From: Candidatus Eiseniibacteriota bacterium
Lineage (GTDB): Bacteria > Eisenbacteria > RBG-16-71-46
NCBI GenBank assembly: GCA_963717505.1
Contig: OY970342.1
Coordinates: 4,064,001-4,128,000, forward strand
Length of the DNA: 64,000 nt
Direction of reading: 5' to 3'
Part shown: piece by piece, positions 23,574-31,584 of the stretch
How positions within the stretch are numbered: the stretch's first letter is position 1
Layout of the letters: the number at the start of each line of letters is the position of its first letter
Made by a program: the position numbers and the translations under genes
The notes under the pieces: generated by a model
Database searches by the model: none
What the model saw: only the letters and a program-made list of their open reading frames with translations
Told to the model about the DNA's origin: nothing

Positions 23574-25577
23574 TCATCGCACGACCAGGATCATCCTGGA
23601 TCCGCTGTCGTCCCCAGTGCGAACGCTCCAGAAGTATGCACCGGGCGCGACGCGGCCGCCGTGATCGTCGCGACCATCCCACGAGACTTGGTGCGTCCCG
23701 GGAGCGCGCGCCGCGTCGTCCAGCCGCCGCACGATGCGCCCCGCGAGGTCCCGAATCTCGATTCGCGTCCTGGCGGCCCGCGGGAGGGCGAACTCGAGTC
23801 GACCACCCTCCCGCATCGGGTTGGGCGCGCAGGTGAGCAGGTTGATGCCGGTCGCGGCCCCGTCCGGGACCGGACGCTCCCCGGGTTCCACGGCGAGCGG
23901 CACCGTTTCCGAGTTCCAGTGGCGCAGGAAACGACCGCTCGTGCTCGGGTAGTCCCACACGCCGGTGCAATAGTCGCAGTCGAAGTCGAACCAGGTGTAG
24001 CCCTGATCGGTCACCTGTCGGACCACGCCCATCTCCAGGTCGCGACAATCCGCTGCGAAGAGCGGTGGCCCCCCGAGCGGTGCGATCAGCGGGGTTTCGC
24101 GCCCGTGGAAGTCGGGGACCGGCTGGCCGAACGACGTCGAGTACTCCCCATCGTGAAGCGTCTGAACGTTGTATGCGTCGCTGAGCGTTCGATGCTTGCC
24201 GAACAGTTCCGCAACCTCCAATGCCCCCGACTCATACTGGGCGTAGTCGGATTCGTACTCCAAAGCAACGTCGTAGCTGCCGACTTGTACCGCAAAGGCG
24301 ATCGTGGCCTGGACCGTCCCGCCGTCCGGCACGTTTCGGAACGGACCGATCGAGCACCATGCCTGCTGATCGCCGATGACTCCCGACGGAGAGACGGAGA
24401 TGAAGCCCGATACGCCATCAATTCCCTCGGTACTGCTCATGAGCTGGAAGCGCTCGAGATCGTTGATCGGATTCCCGCCGGCGTTGAATGGAGTGCCCGC
24501 GAGGTAGCGCCGGAACGATCGGAAGCCCACGCGCGGAGGACCGCCGACTCCGGTCGGATCCACCGTGTGCCCCAACAACAGGAAAGTGGCCAGACCGCGG
24601 GTGGCCCCCGCGTCGCCGTTGTCGTCGGCGAACGAGAATCCGTTGATCCGCACCTTGACCCGTGGGCAGAGCGCCGAGTCGGGGGGCACGTCATAATTCA
24701 GGCTCGGGTGGTGCGGGTACTGGCGGCGGACGTCATCGACGTCGAGTGCGCGCACGAATTCTCCGCTCGGGAAGTTCGGCAGGTCACGATCGTCGGTGTA
24801 ATACAATGCTGTGGTGATGGGGCCGGCATCGGCGTCAACGCGCCAACCCAAGCTGAGGCTGTCGAGAACGTGTCCTGACTGGTTGATCACCGTGTACTCG
24901 ACGACGATGACGTTCGTATAGCCCGGCACGTCGTACGCCCAGGCGCGTTGGCGACACTCGAGCCCCAACGGCAGATGCATCGGCCCTACCGGGGGCTCCG
25001 AGAAGGACCCGTCGTCCCGCATGACACACGAAAACATCTGCTGACCGAGCGCCGCGTGATCTTCGTCGATCACTCCGTCGACATCGTTGTCGCGGCCATC
25101 CAGAAAGTCCTCGTCAATCAGCGGATGGAGGCCGCCGTAGTCCCCATCGTCGTTGCCGTCTGCCCAACCGTTGATCGCACCCTCGAACGTGTCGTAGATC
25201 CGGTCCGCGGGGTCGATCGTGGCCGGCCCCCACTCCCGGGAATAGCTCACGCGCCGCATGAGCGACGGGTTGGGCTCGAGGAGATCCACGGCGGCGACGG
25301 CGAACAGGACGGAATTGAGATACTCGATGCCCGAAGCCCCGGGCCACTGTGCGGAGGGATCGGCGGAGATGTTCGTGAACGGGTTGCCGATGATTCCCGC
25401 GTTCGTGACCTTGGCCGCCACGCGGCCCACGCTGAGCACATGGCCGGGCCCGAAGATGTCAGGCGGAGTGTTGATCGACGGTGGTGAGAGCGGGGTCGCG
25501 GCGGTGGCGAGATCCGCGGCCACCAGGATCGCGAACCATGCCGGCAGGTTTCGCTTCGAGACGAGCGGTTGGATCAC
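23574..25577 (-). CDS. Secreted protein with acidic Ca-binding-like loops and FlgD-Ig C-terminal domain
   Basis: GTG start after AAGGAGG; WPGASGIEYL; DEDFLDGRDNDVDGVIDED; CTD PNP...DLAGRIVRRL...WDGRD...PGAYF. Confidence 0.75.
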   Translation of the reverse strand: MIQPLVSKRNLPAWFAILVAADLATAATPLSPPSINTPPDIFGPGHVLSVGRVAAKVTNAGIIGNPFTNISADPSAQWPGASGIEYLNSVLFAVAAVDLLEPNPSLMRRVSYSREWGPATIDPADRIYDTFEGAINGWADGNDDGDYGGLHPLIDEDFLDGRDNDVDGVIDEDHAALGQQMFSCVMRDDGSFSEPPVGPMHLPLGLECRQRAWAYDVPGYTNVIVVEYTVINQSGHVLDSLSLGWRVDADAGPITTALYYTDDRDLPNFPSGEFVRALDVDDVRRQYPHHPSLNYDVPPDSALCPRVKVRINGFSFADDNGDAGATRGLATFLLLGHTVDPTGVGGPPRVGFRSFRRYLAGTPFNAGGNPINDLERFQLMSSTEGIDGVSGFISVSPSGVIGDQQAWCSIGPFRNVPDGGTVQATIAFAVQVGSYDVALEYESDYAQYESGALEVAELFGKHRTLSDAYNVQTLHDGEYSTSFGQPVPDFHGRETPLIAPLGGPPLFAADCRDLEMGVVRQVTDQGYTWFDFDCDYCTGVWDYPSTSGRFLRHWNSETVPLAVEPGERPVPDGAATGINLLTCAPNPMREGGRLEFALPRAARTRIEIRDLAGRIVRRLDDAARAPGTHQVSWDGRDDHGGRVAPGAYFWSVRTGDDSGSRMILVVR

Positions 25578-25689
25578 GGCGACGGCCTCCTTCGATCGCC
25601 AGGTTGGCCCGGTCGCCCTCGATGCTACACCCGTCGCGAGCCCGTCACGAGCGCAATCACGCCCGGTGGGGCAGCCCACCGCGGGGTGA

Positions 25690-26445
25690 TCAGTTGCACT
25701 TGCCGATACAGAAGAATGGCGGCGAAAACAGCATCATGCCGATCTCCCATCCCGCGCCGGCGTCGCCTTCGAACTCCTGGTCGTAGGTGATTGCGAACAC
25801 GGCGTACGGGTTAGGCTCCCAACGGAAGCCTACGCGGTACTCGGGCGGCGCCGTGCCCTCGCCTTCTGCGCCCACCACCTCGCCGACGATCGACCAGGTC
25901 GGGCTGGTCGGATACCAGGCCAGGCGGGTGGCGTAGGTGAAGACCCACTCAGTGCTGTTCTCTTGGCCGAAGTCGGTCGTCATACTCGCCCCGGGCATGA
26001 CGTCCAACGACAGCTTGTTGTCGAACATCGGGATGGTGGCCGGGGCGTTCGTCCAATACGTACGGAAAGCGTCCTTCAGCCGGTTCTCCTCGTTTTGGTA
26101 GCCGGGATCGAGTCCGGTCCCCGCCTTCATCGCGAAACCTCCCGTCTTGGCTGCGTTCTCCAGGAACATGTATTTCGCATAGAAGGACGTCGAGTAACCG
26201 TCGTCGGTCGAGGGATCGCGATCGTCGTCGTAGATGTAAGCAGCCCCGGTGAACTCCCAGCGCGGCAGCAGCGAGAACGTGTTCATGAACATCGAGTTGC
26301 GCTCGCCATAGGTCATGATGATGGTGGCCATGCCGTGAGGTTTCGAAAGATAGCTGTCGGAATTGAACTGCTGTGCGTCGGCACGGCCTCCGATCAGCGC
26401 CGCGAGGGAAAGGGCAAGCGCCATCGTGAGCTTCAACCGGTCCAT
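25690..26445 (-). CDS. Secreted/outer-membrane hypothetical protein
   Basis: Signal peptide (LALSLAALIGGRADA), aromatic-rich strands, GGAGG RBS, GC3-rich codon use. Confidence 0.65.
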   Translation of the reverse strand: MDRLKLTMALALSLAALIGGRADAQQFNSDSYLSKPHGMATIIMTYGERNSMFMNTFSLLPRWEFTGAAYIYDDDRDPSTDDGYSTSFYAKYMFLENAAKTGGFAMKAGTGLDPGYQNEENRLKDAFRTYWTNAPATIPMFDNKLSLDVMPGASMTTDFGQENSTEWVFTYATRLAWYPTSPTWSIVGEVVGAEGEGTAPPEYRVGFRWEPNPYAVFAITYDQEFEGDAGAGWEIGMMLFSPPFFCIGKCN

Positions 26446-26610
26446 CACCGCCTCCGTTTTCGTGAATCTTGGCCGCGCGAGGGTTCGGGTCATGTCCTGC
26501 GAGGCAGACCACGACTGTAGCGGCTTCGTCTCTTGGAACGGAAGCTAGCACGCGCCATCAGACACCAGCCAGTATCTGCGCCAACGCGCGAGCGGGACGC
26601 CGCTTGAACT

Positions 26611-27294
26611 TCATCGCCGCACGAAGGTAAACGTACCCAGAATCGGCACGACCCCGTTGACCTTGAAGATCCCTTCCTCGAGCGCAGCAACCGGCACGTG
26701 CGGCATGGATGGCGCATTCATCGCGATGTAGGTCGTGCCGTCGTCGGTGCCGGCGTCCCAACCGCGCAGGTCGACGACCAACGAGTCGACCCAGCCGTCG
26801 TTCACCAGCAGTGGCAGTCCGGCGACGCCCACGAACCAGTCGGGGCTCGGCGCAACCATGGTGACGAGCGTCACTCGTGGATGGCTGACCGCGATTTCGA
26901 AGTCGAGCGATACGCTGCCCGGCGATCGCGCGACGGCGCCGCCCGAGAGCGTGTCCTGCGCGGTGCCCGCCGAGATCGCGGTGGAGACTTCGGTGTCGAG
27001 CGGGGTCTTCGATCCCAACTCGGCCATGTCCTGGATGCCGCGAGAGGCCTGAGCGCCGCTCACCCAGAAAGTGACACGGTCGTCGTGCGTTGCGCCGATG
27101 AGGCCCGAGAAATGGGCGCTGGCGGGGAAGTCCTGAGGGTGGGTCGTGGCGCTCCACGTGGCGGTGAAGGTCACGGTGTATCGGGCTACTGAGTCCGGTT
27201 GCGGCATCGAGGCGACCGGGTTGTCGTCGGGCGAGCAGCCGCCCGACACGGCGGCGAGTCCCAAGAGCAGGATGGTCGTGGTGCGCAGTTTCAT
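26611..27294 (-). CDS. Spondin_N (F-spondin/mindin-like) domain lipoprotein
   Basis: Lipobox AVSGGC; ARYTVTFTATWS...HP, HFSGLIGATH, MAELG, MVAPSPDWFVGV, WDAGTDDG. Confidence 0.9.
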   Translation of the reverse strand: MKLRTTTILLLGLAAVSGGCSPDDNPVASMPQPDSVARYTVTFTATWSATTHPQDFPASAHFSGLIGATHDDRVTFWVSGAQASRGIQDMAELGSKTPLDTEVSTAISAGTAQDTLSGGAVARSPGSVSLDFEIAVSHPRVTLVTMVAPSPDWFVGVAGLPLLVNDGWVDSLVVDLRGWDAGTDDGTTYIAMNAPSMPHVPVAALEEGIFKVNGVVPILGTFTFVRR

Positions 27295-27433
27295 ACGCCC
27301 TAGGGTACGCCAGATGCGATACGGCGTGACGCGCCCGCGGACGACCTCCGTCGAGCTCGACCGCACCCCGAGAAGCCGACGCCGGTGGAACGCGTGACCG
27401 GCGGCCTCGCGCGAATCTACGGCACGGATTCCC

Positions 27434-27586
27434 TTGCGACCGGTTCCAGAATCCGGCATCGTTGCGCCGCGCGCAGGGCGCCTCCCGTCCGTGGAAAGGG
27501 ACTCTCCCACCTGAACCGCTGCACCATCGACAGCTACGAACCCCCAGCCCAAACGTGCGGACACGGGCGACCTCGAGGGTCGTAGT
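27434..27586 (+). promoter_or_regulatory. Putative promoter and structured 5' leader of the ankyrin gene
   Basis: TTGCGA-N17-CATCGT; competing stems and an RBS-sequestering hairpin CGACC-TCGAG-GGTCG (27568-27582). Confidence 0.45.
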
Positions 27587-29209
27587 ATGTCCACTCCCGA
27601 TCGGGAGCCCGAAGCTCCCTCGTTCGAGCGCGTTCGCGAAGCCGCCAAGGCGCTGACCCGAGCCTGTCGTTCCGGTGACGCCGCCGCACTGAAGCGCGTG
27701 CAGGCGCAACTCCCCCGACTCTCATCACTCGATGCCCCCACCGCCGCCTCGCGGGTCCGACTCGCCGACGTCCAGCATGCGCTGGCGCGCGAGGCCGGGC
27801 TGGAGAATTGGGCGGCGCTCAAGTCCCTGGTTCAGTCGCAGGAGCCTCTGATCGCCCAGGTCGCGCGCTTCCTGCGCGCGCTGCCCGAGGGCGACCTCGC
27901 GACCATGCGACGTGTGATCGAGCACTTCCCGCAGGTGGCAAAGTCGAGCGTCCACGCCGCGGCCGCCGCGTGCGACACCGCCGCGTTCGAAGCATGGATC
28001 GCGCACGACCCGGCTTCGGCGCTCGCCAAGTTCCGCGACACCGGCTGGACGCCCCTCGACTGCCTTGCCGCCTCGCCCATGTTCTCGATCGACGACACCT
28101 ATCGCGATGCGAGTGTGGCGATCGGGCGACGGCTGCTCGAGCGTGGCGCCGACCCCAACACGTTCACCACGTTCGAGGGTGACGGAAAGTCGAAGCTCAC
28201 GGCGCTCTATCGCGCGAGCGAACAGGGCAACACCGGACTGGTGCGGCTGCTCCTCGAGGCGGGCGCAAAGCCCAACGACGGCGAGTCGGCCTATCACGCG
28301 GCCGAGCGCAACCATCGCGACGTGCTCGAACTGCTGCTCGCCCACGGTGCCGAGATCTCGGCGGCGCATCAGCCGTGGAACAACACCATCCTCTATTTCC
28401 TCGCCGGCTATCGCGACGACCACTTCCGTGCGCGCGAAGCGACTGCCGGCATGCAGTGGCTGCTCGAGCACGGCGCCGATCCGAACGTGCCGAGCTACGA
28501 TCATCGGGAGACGCCTCTGCACCGGATCGCCGCGTTCGGACGTGGCGTCGCGATCGCCGAGCTGCTGCTCGCCCACGGCGCCAATCCACGTCAACCGCGA
28601 GCCGACGGCAGGCTTCCCTACGAGCTGGCGATGCGCGTGGGCAACGCGCCGGTCGCCGACCTCCTGCGCTCGCTCGGCGCCGGAGTCGAGGCGCTGCGGC
28701 CGGTCGACGCGCTCTTGCACGCGTGCGCGACCGGCGATCAGGCCGCCGCGCAACACAGCATCGAAGCCAATCCTGGCGTGCGCGCCGAGCTGCTCGAGAG
28801 GGAGCATGAGGCGATACTGCGGGCAGTGGAGTCGGGTAACGCCGGCGCGGTCGGCGTCCTCGCGACGTTGGGATTCGACCTCGGCGCCGAGGGTCCGTGG
28901 GGCGGCACGGCGCTGCACTGGGCGTCGTGGAACGGCCGCGTCGAGCTTGCGCGCGCACTGCTCGCGGCCGGCGCGCCGGTCAACGTGCGTGACAAGACCT
29001 ACGGCAGCTCACCGATCGCGTGGACGGCGCACGGCTCCGTTCACTGTCGCCCGGCGGACGACGAGTACATCGCGATCATCGACCTGCTGCTCGAGGCAGG
29101 CTCCGAGCGCGAACCGTCCTACAACAAGTGGAACGAGCCACCGGAGTCGCTGGCGAGCGAGGCGGTTGCGGATCATCTCAGGGTTCGTGGGTTCGCTCCC
29201 CCGGATTGA
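27587..29209 (+). CDS. Ankyrin repeat protein with N-terminal helical 'LADVQHALAREAGLENWAALK' domain
   Basis: Several TPLH/TALH...LL..GADPN repeats; N-terminal PSFERVREAAKAL...AREAG..W..LK segment. Confidence 0.9.
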   Translation: MSTPDREPEAPSFERVREAAKALTRACRSGDAAALKRVQAQLPRLSSLDAPTAASRVRLADVQHALAREAGLENWAALKSLVQSQEPLIAQVARFLRALPEGDLATMRRVIEHFPQVAKSSVHAAAAACDTAAFEAWIAHDPASALAKFRDTGWTPLDCLAASPMFSIDDTYRDASVAIGRRLLERGADPNTFTTFEGDGKSKLTALYRASEQGNTGLVRLLLEAGAKPNDGESAYHAAERNHRDVLELLLAHGAEISAAHQPWNNTILYFLAGYRDDHFRAREATAGMQWLLEHGADPNVPSYDHRETPLHRIAAFGRGVAIAELLLAHGANPRQPRADGRLPYELAMRVGNAPVADLLRSLGAGVEALRPVDALLHACATGDQAAAQHSIEANPGVRAELLEREHEAILRAVESGNAGAVGVLATLGFDLGAEGPWGGTALHWASWNGRVELARALLAAGAPVNVRDKTYGSSPIAWTAHGSVHCRPADDEYIAIIDLLLEAGSEREPSYNKWNEPPESLASEAVADHLRVRGFAPPD

Positions 29210-29278
29210 GGCTGTTCCATCAGAGGAAAGCGATCGGCTCGATGGTCCTTCCGAGCGAGCCGTCGTAGAGTGACGGAC

Positions 29279-30154
29279 ATGAAGACTGCGCAAACACTTG
29301 TGGCGAGATTTCTCTCGCCGGTCATGGTCGGCGCGGCCTCCATCCTGCTCGCGACCACCGCCGCGGCCCAGAGCGCATCCGACACCTTCACCCGCAACCA
29401 CGAAGACGGCGAAACGACGCTGCGCTTCCACCGCGGGCGCTTCCACTACGCGCTGATCCTCGATGGCCGCCCAAGCGTGAACGCGGGACGCGATCTGGTG
29501 ACCGCTGGGGGTCGCCGCATCCCGCTCAATTCGAGCGGGCGCTCGATCTGGATCGACGGAGCCAAGTTCGAGCTGCCGTTCGGCGCGGTGTTCCTGGTGT
29601 CCACCAGGGATTCGACGCCGGCGCGCCAACTCGAATTCAATGCCATGCGCGGCCGGCTCCTGCTGGATCAGGCGGCGGCCTCGCCTCTCGTCACCGAATG
29701 GCTCCACGAGCTCGGCAACCCCAGCGACACAGTGACCCGCGGCGCGGTTCAGGCGGCCACCTACCCGCGCCACACGCTGGAGCTCACCGAGTGGTCGTAC
29801 CACGGCGTGCATGCGTTGACCTGCGTGGTGAGTGGCGAGCCCCTGTTCGTCCTGTACTCGCAGGCATCGCTCCATGGTGGCAGCTCGACGCAGACTTTGT
29901 TCGGAAACCTGGCCTCGGTGGATGTTCAGGTGGGCGACAAGGACGACCGCCGAACCTGGCGCGCGACGCCCTCGCAAGCCGCCTTCGCCAACCGCACCTA
30001 CGAGTTCTCGAGGGGACGTGTCTTTTTGATCGCGAAAGGCGGCGAGGTCACTCAGGTGCCGGCCGCTCTCGACCTGGGACCGGCGTCCGCCAACCGGATT
30101 GCTGACGAGATCGAACGCATTCCCGAGGTTCGGGCGTTTCTGCGGCTGAAGTAG
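29279..30154 (+). CDS. Secreted hypothetical protein with internal duplication
   Basis: Signal peptide ending AAA-Q; repeated FELPFGAVFLV / YEFSRGRVFLI. Confidence 0.6.
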   Translation: MKTAQTLVARFLSPVMVGAASILLATTAAAQSASDTFTRNHEDGETTLRFHRGRFHYALILDGRPSVNAGRDLVTAGGRRIPLNSSGRSIWIDGAKFELPFGAVFLVSTRDSTPARQLEFNAMRGRLLLDQAAASPLVTEWLHELGNPSDTVTRGAVQAATYPRHTLELTEWSYHGVHALTCVVSGEPLFVLYSQASLHGGSSTQTLFGNLASVDVQVGDKDDRRTWRATPSQAAFANRTYEFSRGRVFLIAKGGEVTQVPAALDLGPASANRIADEIERIPEVRAFLRLK

Positions 30155-30224
30155 CCGGGGCCGTCGGTTTCCTTGGCGGCCGCTACCGGATCCGTCGCGT
30201 GGTAGCATTCCGACGTCGAAACCT

Positions 30225-30797
30225 ATGGCGCATCCGCAGACCAAAGCAGAGATTCTCGCGGCCCTCGAGTCCAACGCGTCGACCATTGTCGAGTTCTTTT
30301 CGACGCAGCCCGAAGCGAGGCTGCTGGGCGGCGACTCGGACCACTGGGGGCCGCTCCACCATCTCGTCCACCTGACTCGGACCAGCGCCGCCATCCAGCG
30401 CGGCCTGCGGTCCAAATCCCTGCCCACGCATCCCACCCGGCGATCTCGCCCCTACGCCGAAGTACGTGACGCCGGCGCAGCCTCGTTGGTCGCCACCCCC
30501 AAGGAAAAGCTGCTCGAGATGGGCCGCGTCGTCGAGGTTGCGCCGGACGCCGATCGAGCGCGGCTGGTGGGTGACTACTTGCAGGCGAGCGCGGACCTCC
30601 GCACCGCTGCCGCGGACTGGTCCGAGGACGCCCTCGATCTTCAGGCGATGCCGCACCCGCTCATCGGGCTATTGACCGTGCGCGAGATGCTGCTCTTCTG
30701 CGTGTTTCACGAGCGACATCATCTGAAACAAGTACGAACCAGGCTCGATGCATCCACTGAGGGCGAAGCGGGGTCCTCGGCCAAACCCTCGGCTTAG
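30225..30797 (+). CDS. DinB family protein
   Basis: WGPLHHLVHL, PHPLIGLLTVREMLLF...HERHHLKQV. Confidence 0.88.
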   Translation: MAHPQTKAEILAALESNASTIVEFFSTQPEARLLGGDSDHWGPLHHLVHLTRTSAAIQRGLRSKSLPTHPTRRSRPYAEVRDAGAASLVATPKEKLLEMGRVVEVAPDADRARLVGDYLQASADLRTAAADWSEDALDLQAMPHPLIGLLTVREMLLFCVFHERHHLKQVRTRLDASTEGEAGSSAKPSA

Positions 30798-31273
30798 GGA
30801 TCTCCGCGCCGGTCCCGGTGGCGATCCGTCTGATCCCACTGGGGCGCAAAGCAGGAGACCACGACCGCGCCCTTGTCGCCGGCCAGCGCACCATGCGGCA
30901 CACCCGCGGGAATCAGGACCACCGAACCGGGCTGAAATTTGATCAGGTCCTCGCCGAGTTTGAACGTGCAGGATCCACTCACCACGTGAGCGATCTCATC
31001 GTGCGTCTTGTGGACATGGCCCAGGATCCGGGTATGGGGCCCGAGCTGGGCCAACGCCACCGTGACGTTCTTGCCGTTTCCCAGGGGAACGACCTGCAAG
31101 GAGCTGTCCTTCACGACCGGGAGCTTCTTGAGCATCGAGCCGATGTCCATCCAGGAAGGGTCGTACTCCTTGTTGGGGACGACCTTCACCACCTCCTGAC
31201 CACCGACCATCGGGGGAATCAGGGACAGCATCACGACAGCCGCGCCGGCCACCAGCACAAGTGGAACCCTCAT
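30794..31273 (-). CDS. Exported cupin-domain protein
   Basis: GHVHKTHDE...G and PGSVVLIPAGVPH; N-terminal hydrophobic stretch; AGGAGG RBS. Confidence 0.85.
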   Translation of the reverse strand: MRVPLVLVAGAAVVMLSLIPPMVGGQEVVKVVPNKEYDPSWMDIGSMLKKLPVVKDSSLQVVPLGNGKNVTVALAQLGPHTRILGHVHKTHDEIAHVVSGSCTFKLGEDLIKFQPGSVVLIPAGVPHGALAGDKGAVVVSCFAPQWDQTDRHRDRRGDP

Positions 31274-31301
31274 CGCAGTCCTCCTTTCGCAGATTGAAAG
31301 A

Positions 31302-31343
31302 CCTAAAGCTAACACGCTCTGGAGCTAGCTACTTTAGGCAAGC
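31302..31343. repeat. Bulged hairpin element, copy A
   Basis: CTAACAC-GCTCTGGAGC-N10-AGGCAAGC; stems CCTAAAG/CTTTAGG and GCTC/GAGC; homologous to 37799-37838. Confidence 0.5.
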
Positions 31344-31363
31344 CTGACGCGACATCCCAAATG

Positions 31364-31460
31364 CCTCGACGTCGCTGCGCTCCTGGGTCCACGCCAGATA
31401 GAGCGCCGATCCGGTCATGTGCTCCCAGCGGAACACGGCGTTGCCTCGCAGTGACTTGAA
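31364..31460 (-). pseudogene. Remnant copy of the DUF5916 gene 3' end
   Basis: 97-nt ungapped direct repeat of 34429-34525 with 8 mismatches by manual alignment; FKSLRGNAVFRWEHMTGSALYLAWTQERSD versus FKSLRGNAVFRWEYMPGSTLYLVWTQERTD. Confidence 0.85.
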
Positions 31461-31584
31461 CCTCCCCGAGGACATGCCGGCCGAGATTCCGATTGATGGG
31501 GGCAAGGTGCGGGCGTAGCCTTTTAGTGCGCCGCCGGAGGTAGTCCGCCTCTTTCCACGGCGCCCAGCCAGCGCGAGGTCCCCC

